A stretch of DNA of 63,998 bases, the filler included, from Globobulimina sp. (lineage: Eukaryota): NCBI GenBank assembly GCA_003354225.1. It is 52 parts of 52 records of this genome, joined end to end, with 100 filler letters (N's around TTAATTAATTAA, not from the genome) between each part and the next. Parts side by side here need not be neighbours in the genome. Positions count along the whole stretch, not along the records: positions 50,550 to 51,681 come from PIVH01022727.1; positions 51,782 to 52,913 come from PIVH01022728.1; positions 53,014 to 54,145 come from PIVH01022729.1; positions 54,246 to 55,377 come from PIVH01022730.1; positions 55,478 to 56,609 come from PIVH01022731.1; positions 56,710 to 57,841 come from PIVH01022732.1; positions 57,942 to 59,073 come from PIVH01022733.1; positions 59,174 to 60,305 come from PIVH01022734.1; 44 more parts are not named here. The stretch is one strand, 5' to 3'. Each line of letters starts with the position of its first letter. Within the stretch, counting starts at the first letter, position 1. Positions 50,714 to 62,867 of the stretch are shown one piece after another. The translations under genes were made by a program, and so were the position numbers. Below the pieces are notes generated by a model, which worked only from the letters and a program-made list of their open reading frames with translations, made no database searches and was not told the origin of the DNA.

Positions 50714-50948
50714 TCCTGGCCACATTGTTCAAATGTTATTAAAAGAGATATAAGAACTTATTTAGAATTTTTAAACTTCTTCGATATCCGTTTCACTTTT
50801 TATACCCAGGGGAATGTGATAGCTCGTATTTTTTGTAATGGATGGAGAAATTTAATTTGTAGTTATTCGAAATTTATTACAAATGTCGAATTATCGCAAG
50901 CGAAAACAGAGAAAAACATGAATATACCTGCCTGAAAACTACAAAATA

Positions 50949-51231
50949 ATTCAGCAGTCGGGGAGTTTTTTTCGCAAACCTATGGCATAAGCGGAATGAA
51001 ACCATCAGCTTTTTAACCCGTGGACTGTCTGAGTACATTAGGGATCATTACGAAAGAACAGGTTTTCCTGTTTCTGTCATTAAATGATGAAACGGTTCAA
51101 ATTCATAACTAACTTATTTAACAACGTATTAACTGTTCTTTCGTTATGAGCCCTTATGTGCGAGTTTCCACGGGTTAAAAAGCTGATGGTTTCATGAAGC
51201 GGGTTTGGCAAGAACTCCCAGATCCCTGAAT
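50949..51231. repeat. Three nested inverted-repeat pairs (composite MITE-like palindrome)
   Basis: Outer imperfect 50949-50980/51201-51231; middle perfect 29 bp 50996-51024/51167-51195; inner 24/27 51035-51061/51133-51159. Confidence 0.88.
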
Positions 51232-51441
51232 AGATACAAACATAGCCGCAATTCTTATTAAGATATTAACTAAAAGTTAACAGGATTTACGCTTTAAAAA
51301 ACACACCCTGTTATTTTCAATCACGCATCTCGCAACACAAAACACAAAACACCAAATACAAGACACAAACAAATCAAATATTAAAGCCCAAAACACACCA
51401 TATTTTAACGGATTTTTTTAAATTTTAAATAGTTAATCAGC

Positions 51442-51471
51442 TTGACATCTGGTTATTTATTATATTATTAT
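51442..51471 (+). promoter_or_regulatory. Candidate sigma70 promoter
   Basis: TTGACA-N18-TATTAT, 54 bp upstream of ATG 51525. Confidence 0.45.
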
Positions 51472-51524
51472 TTCAAAACTTAACAAGTAACCACCCATGA
51501 ACCTATATAGATGGAAACTAAAAA

Positions 51525-51635
51525 ATGAATAAAGGTGAAAACTTCAATCGCCCGTCCAAAGGCAGTTCTATTAAAGTAGAACCCATTAAAACTCCGAAAG
51601 CGGTCCGGACTGTTGAAAAAGCACTCCCTTGTTAA
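51525..51635 (+). pseudogene. Truncated N-terminus of a tyrosine recombinase (deltaproteobacterial-like)
   Basis: MNKGENFNRPSKGSSIKVEPIK resembles the N.P.KGS.I.VEPI start of small phage-integrase-family proteins; stops after 36 aa. Confidence 0.55.
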
Positions 51636-51926
51636 AACGCAAGACTTGAGCTGAACGTTCCACTTGATGGCTGGCTTGATANNNNNNNNNNNNNNNNNNN
51701 NNNNNNNNNNNNNNNNNNNNNNNNNTTAATTAATTAANNNNNNNNNNNNNNNNNNNNNNNNNNNNNNNNNNNNNNNNNNNNCTTCCCAGAGATTGGTTAG
51801 GTTTAATGGTGTTGTTAATGTTTATTATAAAGTATAAATAATTAAAGTTAAATTAAGTTATTTTATCTACATCGATAATTGATTATAAAACCAGGAGTTA
51901 TTTATACAAATACGGTTTGTCAATCC

Positions 51927-52913
51927 TTAAATATTGTTTATTTGATTTATGTCATTAATTAAATTCCTCCCAGATAGTAAATCAATAACGCCACCATACC
52001 CTAAAATATTATGTGCCGTTATAACACCGGCCATTAAAGCAGCAGAGAATCCAGGCATTGTGATATCTTGTCCTGTGATATACATTCCATTTATATATTT
52101 TGTAATATTATCTGATCGTAAAAAATCATTTGATAAATATCTTTGTTGTATTAATTGTAAACCATACACTTCGCCAACATTTGAACCAATAAAATGGTTG
52201 AATGTTAATGGAGTACCAATTGCAGTAAATTCTGCTCTACCAATTGTCGATGGATAATATTTATATAATCCTTCTTCCAATATCCTTTTACAGTACATAT
52301 CCTTTTTTATATTATAGTCATATCCTCTTTTTCCTGATTTTAAATTTTTCCAATGTTCAAATTCTTTGTAATTGCACATTGTCAATATAACAGCACTTGA
52401 TTTGCCTGGATATCGCTCATTCCATTCGGCGTCCTTCGCGCACGGAAAGCCCATAAATAAAGTAATAGCAGCTTTGGTTGGATCCGCATAAAATTCTTTC
52501 ATGGATTCATAATAATTTCCATGTGGATGAGACCATATATTACTTGACCTCAATCCTAATTCTTTTGCACATCCATTTAAACCCACAAATACATATAAAA
52601 ATGTTCCACTATGTCCAATGTTTTTAATTTTATTCCTCATTGAATTTACATGCTTTGATAATATTTTATCACTTTGATTTTCTTTTATTAAATGATTGTA
52701 TGTATTAAAGATACCGCATGCTGATACTACAATATTTGAATAAATTTTTATTCCATTTTCCATTTCAACGCCAATGACCTTTTTTTTTGTGATTGGATCA
52801 ATTAAAATTTGTTTTACTTTCTTACGAACTAAGACTTGTCCGCCACACTGTTTTATTGTATTAATAATATTATAGGCAATTTGTTTACAACCACCATTTG
52901 GATAATATCCCCC
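51927..52913 (-). CDS. Retinol saturase / phytoene-desaturase-like FAD oxidoreductase (5' partial)
   Basis: GYYPNGG..QIA, VVSACGIFNTY, FPCAKD..W..RYPGKS, GTPLT...F.....GEVYGL, GMYITGQD....G..AA. Confidence 0.9.
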   Translation of the reverse strand, partial: GGYYPNGGCKQIAYNIINTIKQCGGQVLVRKKVKQILIDPITKKKVIGVEMENGIKIYSNIVVSACGIFNTYNHLIKENQSDKILSKHVNSMRNKIKNIGHSGTFLYVFVGLNGCAKELGLRSSNIWSHPHGNYYESMKEFYADPTKAAITLFMGFPCAKDAEWNERYPGKSSAVILTMCNYKEFEHWKNLKSGKRGYDYNIKKDMYCKRILEEGLYKYYPSTIGRAEFTAIGTPLTFNHFIGSNVGEVYGLQLIQQRYLSNDFLRSDNITKYINGMYITGQDITMPGFSAALMAGVITAHNILGYGGVIDLLSGRNLINDINQINNI

Positions 52914-53013
52914 NNNNNNNNNNNNNNNNNNNNNNNNNNNNNNNNNNNNNNNNNNNNTTAATTAATTAANNNNNNNNNNNNNNNNNNNNNNNNNNNNNNN
53001 NNNNNNNNNNNNN

Positions 53014-53369
53014 TGTACAATGGATCTTAGATAACCAAAACATACTAATTCGCCGCTATCATCTTTGCTTTGGTAAATTTTATCAAAATCAAAAACGCCA
53101 TCAAACCCCTTCGTGCTTATTTTATTGAGGTTTTTAAATTGTTCAATAATTCCAGTAAATATAAAATCCCGTTTCATCTCATTGATAATTACAGATTTTT
53201 CATAGTATTCATCACGCATTGTTTGATATTTTGCCAGCAATATGAGACCAATCATGTCGTATTTTGAAACAGTGCTTGCTGGTTTGGAATGAAAGATGTC
53301 TCGTAACTGCTCAATGTTCAATTTCCATAACTCTTCTCTTGTATATGTCAGGAAGTCATTAAGTTCCAT
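53014..53369 (-). CDS. Hypothetical protein with SAP/HeH-like start and FGYLR module (3' partial)
   Basis: LWKLNIEQLRDI......SKYDMI; ELVCFGYLR. Confidence 0.6.
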
Positions 53370-53433
53370 ATTTATGCTGAGTTCACATTTAAAAAATTAA
53401 AAATCGTAGAAACGCAAAAAACTCACCGCAAAG

Positions 53434-54145
53434 ATGGTTCTTGACATTTGGATTATCGAAAGCAACATTGACAGTATCAATACTATTGACACAATTCGAC
53501 AGACATTTAATGTTGAAGGCAAATATAAATTAATGTGGGAAGCATCCCAACAAGACAAGCACGCATGGTCTACGTTTAAAAACTTAACAGATGTAAACAA
53601 TGAGGAACAGAAATTCGAAAAAGAAGAATTTATACCACATTTTTTACCGCGAATTGAATTTCCAAATGCTGGTAATTGTGAAATACAATTAAGAGATGGA
53701 GCCAGCAAATTTTTTGGTTATATATCAGCCGGTGATATGTATAAAAACGATATGATTACATACGAATTTAAGATACGATGTACCTGCCGAGAAACGTTTG
53801 AATTACAACATTTTCCTTTCGATTGTCAAGGTACAGTACTTTATTTTGTATCTTTTCTTATCTGCAATATCAATGATGCACAGACTTACCAATCATAATG
53901 AAATTGGGAGGGAGTGCCAACCACAAAGATTATCGATTTGTGCCGAACCGCAGAGGTCAAGTATTTGGTAAAATGGAAGTGTACAATTGTGAGTTAACAG
54001 AATGGAATGTTTATCCCGCCATATATGAGTTTACCAGGACCGATCCATCCACCTCTAAAAGTGGCAAATCATATCCATTGTATATTAACCGAGTTAAAGT
54101 GCAACGAAAATATCAATTTTATTTACAACGGATTGCGTTGATTTT
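53434..54145 (+). CDS. Cys-less pentameric ligand-gated ion channel, intron 53831-53883 (3' partial)
   Basis: IDTIRQTF......W, PRIEFPNA, ETFELQHFPFDCQ/DL, L.EW, VQRKYQFYL.RI. Confidence 0.88.
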
Positions 54146-54401
54146 NNNNNNNNNNNNNNNNNNNNNNNNNNNNNNNNNNNNNNNNNNNNTTAATTAATTA
54201 ANNNNNNNNNNNNNNNNNNNNNNNNNNNNNNNNNNNNNNNNNNNNAAATTCACAATTCGGTTGTTTTGATATTTCTGAGTCCTTATCTGCACTTAAAGAA
54301 TATAATAATGTTTCTGCATTGTCCGAATGTATCTCAATTTGAATTGTTTGCTGTTTAGTTAATACCAAATCAAAAAAGAATGAATTATATAAAAGGAATA
54401 A

Positions 54402-55377
54402 CTAAACTGATATTATATCCAACACAACAACATCTTCATTTATTTCGTTTAATGCGTTTTCATATTTTTCTGACTCATTTGATGTAATTATTGTATCATT
54501 TATTGATAACATAAATGAACTTTCTGTGATTTTCCATTTGGCGCTTGCTTTTTTATAAATAAATTTTAATTGTTCTTTTGATGTTTTTTTATTTAATCTC
54601 ATTTGTGTTGTCTCATTTTTAAATTTTAAAATTGCAGTTGTTTTTGTTGTTTGTGGTATAAATTTGTTTTTGTTTTTATTTTTATTTTTTTTCTGTCGTC
54701 TAAATTGACATAATAAATTTCTTAATGTCTTAACTTGATGATACATATGATCACCATTAGTTTTTGTTCTTTTTTGGAATCTTCCGTGTATTTTATATTT
54801 GTCTACAAAAAATCTTGCGGTGTCAGTAGGCATAGCTTCAACCTCTGAATCAGTATAATCTGGAAAATCTTTCCTAATATTTGGTTTCCAATCATCTTTG
54901 CTTCCGTCAAAAAAATCGTCTTCAAATGGAGTTAATGGCATAGACGTGTCACATTTAATTGGTATCGTGTGTTCAATTATATTATTTTTGTTTGACATAA
55001 ATTCTTGTTTCAAATTAATAATATCTTTATGCAACTGAGGCAATGTTTTATTGGTTTGCCGGCCTCGCGATGTTTGATATGATATCGGAATATTATGTTG
55101 AGTCGCAAAATGTTGACTTTCTTTTAAATTCATTGATTTTATATCTTGTTTGGATGAATTATCTAAATCCATTTTATCTGCACTCAATGAATGTTTATAT
55201 AATTCATTTAAGTGTTTACCCAATTTCTTTTTATTTTGTTTCCATATTTTCAAATAAATCGCATTTGGATCTAATGCTCGTATTAATTCTCCTTCCTCAA
55301 TCATTATATAATAATCATTTTCAGTTTTTTGCAAAATATATTGTTGGTTAGATGTTAAATGTTTAGTTATTTTATCT
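54402..55377 (-). CDS. Hypothetical protein with HeH/Rho-N-like motif (partial)
   Basis: MNLKESQHFA..HNI.I......KT..QL...I within a long ORF. Confidence 0.55.
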
Positions 55378-55725
55378 NNNNNNNNNNNNNNNNNNNNNNN
55401 NNNNNNNNNNNNNNNNNNNNNTTAATTAATTAANNNNNNNNNNNNNNNNNNNNNNNNNNNNNNNNNNNNNNNNNNNNCTCTGGAAGGCCGAAGTTTGTTA
55501 ATTAAAATATTTGGCAATATAAAAAATATGCAGTGCCGCGAACATTATTTGTTTAACATTATGGATGCTGCATGTATGGAAATATTAGTATTATGCGAGA
55601 GCTTATATAGTAAATTTAAGTATAACTTGGCATCTACTTAACGTAGCAAATGTAATTCTTTTTTTAATATATATATTTTTATTAGTTCCTTTTTAGATGA
55701 CAAAACTTTGAAGCATGACATGAGT

Positions 55726-56609
55726 CACATGACAGAGATTCAACAAGTTTCACCGTTCCCAAGTCAATCAATATTGAACACAACTCGTCCAATTGTATCA
55801 CATCATAAATATATTCACCATCAACAGTCAGACGTCAGTAACAACACAACCCACCATCAATACAACCAATATAATGGGTACAACGAGCGTTTAATTGCAT
55901 GTAATGGCGATTGCAGTTCATCATTTGCTGTGATTGTTGACCATTTTGTGCATCAAAAAGTTAATTATAAGATCTAGAATTTCCTGTTTAATACATCTAC
56001 GAATTTTGCAATATATATTAACATATTTACAGAACATGAAAGAGTTAAATCACATTGAAATAACTAACGTTATTGATGACTCATTTTGGATTCCTGGCAG
56101 TCCATTAAGATTATACTTAGCTTCGTTAATGATTGAAAAGAAAATAACTGAAACAAATCGGTTTTATCGTCAGATATATGAAGAATTCATAGATCCCAGT
56201 TGTTATATATCAGGCAATAAATGGACAAATAAAATTAAGTCATTACTGTTGATGCTCAGTTATGATAAACATATCGATATACTTGAAAGTATCGCAAATT
56301 TCACCTGCAACATTCCAAACAGATCTTTATTGGAAGAAATAAATGCTTTTTATAAACAGCGGAAAAAAAGGTTATGCGGATTGAATAAATATATGTCGAA
56401 AATTCAACAAACAAAACAAACAAATAATTACAAGTTGATGCAAAAAATGAATTTGGCTTTGACAGATTTGGAGATTTGGAGTGTTATGATATATTGCCAG
56501 GAAAATGGATTTTGTTCACGAATGAGAGAGTCGCAAAGATTAAAACGACTCAACTCATGCGAATGGAGGCAGTTATTTTATCATTTACATTCTGCCATAA
56601 CTAAAATTC
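55726..56609 (+). CDS. Hypothetical eukaryotic protein entering an ADP-ribosyltransferase-like domain, spliced (3' partial)
   Basis: LTDLEIWSVMIYC...FCSRMR..QR......W..LF..L.SAI.KI resembles ART N-terminal helices. Confidence 0.45.
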
Positions 56610-56709
56610 NNNNNNNNNNNNNNNNNNNNNNNNNNNNNNNNNNNNNNNNNNNNTTAATTAATTAANNNNNNNNNNNNNNNNNNNNNNNNNNNNNNNNNNN
56701 NNNNNNNNN

Positions 56710-57752
56710 ACAAGGAACAATACCTATTATGTACCAAGGCTATCAATACCATACACCTATCAATGTATGGCTACCCCTGCAATTCCCAGAGGAACCACCA
56801 TTATGTTATGTAATACCAACGCAAGGGATGCAAATCCGTGCAAATCATAAACATGTGGATATTGAAGGCTTTGTGTACCACTCATATCTGGCCAATTGGA
56901 AGAAGCACATTAGCTCATTATCGCAATTACTATCCACGCTCTGCCATGAATTTAGTATTACGCCTCCTTTATTCGCGTCTGCAGCAACTGTACCAATACA
57001 ACCACTGCCAAAAGGCCATACAAATCGTGGTGAAGTGGAGCAATTAGTTAAAGAACAGTTGCAATTGATTTATAACACAGAAAATGCGAAATTGAAATTG
57101 TTTACCCAATATCATGTATGTTATCTCGTTTCTTATCGCAAATGTTTCCGCATTTTATAAATTTATAACACATCAGAACCGTTTGGATGAACATACAAAA
57201 CAAATTAATGAATGTAAGGATAAATTAGAAACCGAGCACTTGGCATTGATGGCAAGAAAGGAAGCTTTGCAAACTGTTATTGTGCACAACAAAAAATGGT
57301 TGGAACAGAATGAAAAGAAAGAAAAGAATGAAATTGATGGCAATGCGATACTTTTAGGTTGCGATTCGTTATCAGAGCAATGTATGGACGCAACAGCAAA
57401 TGCAACAGCTATCACAGATGTAATGTGTCAGTTAGATACTTATTTGGAAGATGAACTTATTGCGCTACCAACATATCTCAAAACTATTAGTAAATTGGCA
57501 CGGGAGCAATTTCCTAAAATCGCTATTGCCAATAAAGTACAACAAATGCAAAAGGAGCAGCTTGATAAAAGTAAAAGAATTGAATTCGAATCACAATCAC
57601 AATCATCACAATCACAATCATCACAATCCCAACAATGTCAACAACCCACTGTTCAACAAAAACTCTGTGCAATGTGTGGAGACCTGGCAACGTTGAGATG
57701 TTCACAATGTAAATCTGAATATTATTGCAGCACAAATCATCAAGCCCAAGAC
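56710..57752 (+). CDS. TSG101: TSG101/Vps23 (UEV, coiled coil, steadiness box) with C-terminal MYND finger; intron 57116-57176 (partial)
   Basis: GTIPI.YQG..Y.TPI.VWLP..FP..PP.CYV.PT..M.I...H.HVD..G......YL..W; AI.D....L...L....I.L..YLK....LAREQF; CAMC.....RCSQCK..YYCS..HQ. Confidence 0.92.
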
Positions 57753-57941
57753 CCGACAGCCGACGGGCCAGGAGATGCCAATCGTAGAACCGGCGGCACT
57801 CCAGGGTCAGTACCTTCCGGAACCAAGTCACAGACTCGCGGNNNNNNNNNNNNNNNNNNNNNNNNNNNNNNNNNNNNNNNNNNNNTTAATTAATTAANNN
57901 NNNNNNNNNNNNNNNNNNNNNNNNNNNNNNNNNNNNNNNNN

Positions 57942-58400
57942 CGGTAAACACCACCACATTCACTGCAATGTCGTCGTCTCTCCATTTGCTTTGTTGCAGT
58001 CTGCGACGGCTCGCGTCTCCGGCATCGAATACAGTCACTTCAATGCCAATCAATTCATTCAGCAATGCGCTGGAATCGTTTAAGAAGAAAGTTACAAATA
58101 AGTCGTGCAGATTGTAGTCGCCGTCCGCATGGTCATATTCTTGGTCCTTTGCGTCTAAGCGCAGACCGTCCACGTCTTCAATGCCTGTGATGTCGAAGGA
58201 TATTTTCATGATCAAGACACTGTGGGCCACGATGCCTAGGAATGTGTGCCGGTTCACATAGAATTCCAACTGACACGATTTGAATTGTTCGCCGATGGAG
58301 TTATTGCCCGAATAGGCCCAGTTGGAGATGTTTAAAGTTATATCGTCGGGGTCTAAGTCGGCTGTGTTGACTGTAAAGTTTCGTGCGCTGTCACGGGTTC
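57942..58400 (-). CDS. Fragment of eukaryotic secreted/surface protein
   Basis: Acidic ORF with RRRLQ processing-like motif; frame extends upstream of the annotated start. Confidence 0.5.
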
Positions 58401-59243
58401 TCCTGCGTAATGTTGCTGTATTTCAATACGTAGAATTCAACTGACACCATTCATATTGTACGCAAATTGTTGTTGTTGCTGTCCATTGCTGGCAAATCTC
58501 ATTGTGTATAAAATATAAATACGGAATAAACTCAACGACCAAATTAAATTCATAAAAAAACAAACCGTACTTTAGAGAGTATTTGAGCTGACATGAAGTG
58601 ACATTCGAATTCGACTCGCTAAAGCTTAAAGTTTTTGGCATTCCACACTAAATGGATGAAAATAGCAACAAAGAAAAAGAAAAAGAATATAACAGAAAAC
58701 TTAACATTGCTAAATATAGCTCGTAAGTCGTAACCATAACAAAACCATTTGAATGTGATTATATAATATGTATAAATGATATCATCTAAAAATCAATTTG
58801 ATATATTCATAATACGTACACACAATTATTATAACAAAAATATACAACAATGAAAATCCAGATAATATGAATTAATAAACCATTAAAAATATGATTAATA
58901 TGCAAAATAAATGAGATATAATAATATGTACACTCAATATATAAAACAAAATAAATAAAATGAGATAAACGTTATCGAGGAAGCCTCAGCCGAATTACTA
59001 AACCGGTCAGGCACTGAGTTGTAAAGAAAAGAAAAAGGCATGACCCAAACTTCTAATCTAGTTGCGACCAGTANNNNNNNNNNNNNNNNNNNNNNNNNNN
59101 NNNNNNNNNNNNNNNNNTTAATTAATTAANNNNNNNNNNNNNNNNNNNNNNNNNNNNNNNNNNNNNNNNNNNNTCCAAATCAGATAACCAAAAATCTTTA
59201 ATTTTGGTTTTTGTGAGATAAGAGCAGCGAAACATTTTGCTAC

Positions 59244-60041
59244 ATGACTGATCAAACAATATGGAGAACCCGAAAGGGTGTGGGTGTCTATCAAATATTT
59301 ATTGAATGTCCAGATGGAACGATAAAAACTTTAAATGTAATGAGCAACGATAATATGAATCAGATTAAAACACAAATACAGACAATAACCAATAACAAAT
59401 ATCCAGCTGACAAACAGAAACTGTTTCTACATGGAAACGAATTGGACAACAACACCACTTTAATGGATAACAATATCGTACGCTTTTATACATTACAATT
59501 ATGTGCCAGCAAAATACCAATATTCATTGAAACACAACATGGCAGAAAAATGCATATAATGGCAGAGCCGGATGAATTGCTGTTCAATGTCAAAAAACAA
59601 ATACAAGACAGAACCAATGGACTATATCTCGTCAATGACCAACAATTATTTAATCGGTTAAATAAACAGGAACTCATCGATGACAATAAAACAATATTTT
59701 TGGATTACGGGCTCATTGAAAATTCTCTCTTATATTTAGCTGCAGACATTAGTTCTGACATAGAATCAAAACAAAATCTAGAATTAACACCCAATTCGCT
59801 CTTATATTTAGCTCCAAGCCATACAAACATATCTTGTGTGAATCAAACGTTGCCAACATTTGCAAACAGTACATTGGATCACAAAATTGTAGAAAATACA
59901 GATTGTATATTGACTGCAAACGATGACAAAATCAAATCATTGAATCAAGAAATGTATTCACTAAACAGTTCATTAGCATCTTTAAATGAAAAAAAAACAC
60001 TCAAAATCAAAAAAAAGCATTCGAAAATCGAGATCGCCTAA
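59244..60041 (+). CDS. Tandem ubiquitin-like domain protein
   Basis: QIFIE..DG..KTL.V...D....IK.QIQ......PADKQKL...G.EL....TL.D.NI; second IFIET..GR...VK.QIQD....QQL. Confidence 0.85.
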   Translation: MTDQTIWRTRKGVGVYQIFIECPDGTIKTLNVMSNDNMNQIKTQIQTITNNKYPADKQKLFLHGNELDNNTTLMDNNIVRFYTLQLCASKIPIFIETQHGRKMHIMAEPDELLFNVKKQIQDRTNGLYLVNDQQLFNRLNKQELIDDNKTIFLDYGLIENSLLYLAADISSDIESKQNLELTPNSLLYLAPSHTNISCVNQTLPTFANSTLDHKIVENTDCILTANDDKIKSLNQEMYSLNSSLASLNEKKTLKIKKKHSKIEIA

Positions 60042-60405
60042 AAACAAAAAACGAAAATATATCTCTGTGACCACCACGACAGAGACACAGGATAAGATGG
60101 ATGGATTTGGTGATTTATTGATTCGGAAACGAACGAAGAGTGCTTCTATGAATCATAGAAAGAAATCGAAACATACGGAGAGTGCTTCTATGATGAGCTA
60201 TGATGAATTGTTTGGAGACTCCAATGATTTCGTGATGGGTAAGATAACCACACCGAAATTCAATAAAAGTAATTTCTTTTCAAGCTCGCCTAAAAAATCA
60301 GCAACNNNNNNNNNNNNNNNNNNNNNNNNNNNNNNNNNNNNNNNNNNNNTTAATTAATTAANNNNNNNNNNNNNNNNNNNNNNNNNNNNNNNNNNNNNNN
60401 NNNNN

Positions 60406-61310
60406 GAACCATATTTTCCGCTTCCACATCATAATGGAACTCCAACTCAATGCTTTCATACAATTTCTCAAAAACATCATCTATAAATTATTCATTACAG
60501 TATACAACAAAAACAGTTATTGACTCATTATATGCAATGTATTTGCTGAATACCTATGGTGTTGGAGTCCAATCCGCCGGTTAACATTGCTAAATACTTA
60601 CAAGTTAATAAATCCATATTAAAATATGACTCAACGTTGGGATATTGCACTTTGACCACAACATTGGATAATTGTACATCATTTCGCTGCGCATATTCTT
60701 CATTGAGCCGTGCTTTATGAACTTGGCCAATGGAGCCCGCGCCAATGCATTTTGCCTCTATGTCTGAAAATATTTCATGCAAATCTGAAATATTCAGTTC
60801 TGTTTTAATGATTGACTCAATTAAAGCAAAATCTTTCTGTGGGATCTGATCCAGCAAAATATCGAAGGTTTTCTCATACTCATCGGGTAACACTCCCATT
60901 CCACACAATGTCTGTGCTCCTTTGATGTAATAACCACCGAGTTCAAGTATTAAATCTAGGAAATATGTGGCATATTTTTCATGTAACTTTGTTTTTGATT
61001 CCTGGTCAGCAGTCATGTAATATTCATAGAAAGGATGCATTGATTTGTAGGTAAAATATAAACTGCGACGAATTCCTTCATCGGTTTGGTACAAATATGC
61101 TATATAACCACTGACAGATAATATGGAGCCAACTGTTAATAGACTCATATATTTTATTCCTTTTTTTAATACTGATTGTTTCTTACGCGGTGATTCAGTA
61201 TATTTATTTTGTATATTTCTCTTTACAATTGATTGTAATCGCACATGTTTGGATTTCCGCATTGTAGTACAGGGAGCCAGTAACTTCTGCAATATTTGCT
61301 TTGAGTGCAT
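60406..61310 (-). CDS. ABC1/ADCK (UbiB-family) atypical kinase, one intron (3' partial)
   Basis: LGGYYIKGAQ, L.DQ.P, IGAGSIGQVHKA.L, VVVKVQYP, next exon ELEFHY..EAEN. Confidence 0.92.
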
Positions 61311-61750
61311 TGTTGTCAGTAGGTGCAGTTTTGCATAAATTCTACCTTGTATTTAAAGTCACCCATCTCACTTTGATTATTTTAATCATGGGTTCGTGTG
61401 TTACAACAGTTCAAAAAGATAATAAAATTCAAAATCACATTCTAGAAGACTTGGGTATCCCGACATGGCCAACACAACTGCTATACATGCGGTCATTACC
61501 AGCACATTTGTCAATGGATTTGCGGGTGACTAGGGCNNNNNNNNNNNNNNNNNNNNNNNNNNNNNNNNNNNNNNNNNNNNTTAATTAATTAANNNNNNNN
61601 NNNNNNNNNNNNNNNNNNNNNNNNNNNNNNNNNNNNCATTGATGCCATTAACTCAACATACAGTGCTAGTATACCTAAAGCCATTGTCGGTACATATCCT
61701 GCAATTTCATTCCCGTAGTGGTTTATTTTTGGATAAATTTTGGATAAAAT

Positions 61751-61784
61751 AAAAAATGCGCCCCTGTTACAGAGACGCATTTTA
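61751..61784 (-). terminator. Intrinsic terminator, probably bidirectional
   Basis: Minus strand ATGCGTCTCTG-TAA-CAGGGGCGCAT then T-run, just downstream of stop 61802. Confidence 0.7.
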
Positions 61785-61801
61785 TTTGGTGGATTTATAC
61801 C

Positions 61802-62086
61802 TTACCAATCGTAATCACATGATTCCCACAATTTTCTTTCCTCGTCTTCAGTAATCTTTGCGGCTTCTTCAGGAGTATATTTTTCTGACGTTTTCTCAAG
61901 CATACAATCACAGAAATCAACTGCATTTTTATTCTCAACTCCGTTCGTTTCCATAAACTCCATGCAACTTTTTGTCCATTTGGCTTTTTGTTCACTGTCC
62001 CATGTGTCAGCCTTTGAGTCGGAGTTACATGCGCTTATAATGAGTAATAATCCGAGTGCTACAAATAATAATCTGATAGTCTTCAT
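61802..62086 (-). CDS. Small Bacteroidota lipoprotein
   Basis: Lipobox ISAC; W.....W..SC......FCDCM.EK...KY. Confidence 0.85.
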   Translation of the reverse strand: MKTIRLLFVALGLLLIISACNSDSKADTWDSEQKAKWTKSCMEFMETNGVENKNAVDFCDCMLEKTSEKYTPEEAAKITEDEERKLWESCDYDW

Positions 62087-62273
62087 GTTAATAGGATTTA
62101 ATTTTCAAGTTCAATTAATAAAAACCAAAGTTATAAAATTATTTTACTATTGTAGTTATTTTTGTCCCCCGAAGTCAGAAATTAATCAGTGATCATCTTT
62201 ATTGCTTCATCAATTTGTGACTATCATTGATTACATACTAAGGTAAGATTTACAAGAAATAAATATCAAATAT

Positions 62274-62767
62274 ATGAGGAAAATAGTGTTTGCTACAAAT
62301 AATAAGCACAAATTGATTGAAATCAGAAGTATACTGAGAGATGATTTTGATGTGTTAAGTTTATCAGACATAGGATTTTACGAAGATATTCCTGAAACAG
62401 GCAACACTCTTGCTGAGAATGCTTCACAAAAGTCACATACAATTTATAACAGGTTTAATATTGATTGTTTCTCTGACGATACCGGACTTGAGATTGAGGC
62501 ACTCGATGGTGCACCCGGGGTTTATTCCGCTCGGTATGCTGGTGAGGACGCATCATACGACGATAATGTTAATAAGGTACTTGTTGAACTTAAGAACAGG
62601 AATAATAGGCAAGCAGCATTTAGTACAGTAATTTCATTGATACTTGATGGAAAAGAGTATCAGTTTGAAGGACGTATTCAAGGTCAAATAACAAATGACA
62701 AATATGGAGCAGGAGGATTTGGATATGATCCTGTTTTTAAGCACAATGGTTATGATATAACTTTTGC
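62274..62767 (+). CDS. rdgB: Non-canonical purine NTP pyrophosphatase (HAM1 family), 3' partial
   Basis: [56 protein letters not shown]. Confidence 0.96.
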
Positions 62768-62867
62768 NNNNNNNNNNNNNNNNNNNNNNNNNNNNNNNNN
62801 NNNNNNNNNNNTTAATTAATTAANNNNNNNNNNNNNNNNNNNNNNNNNNNNNNNNNNNNNNNNNNNN

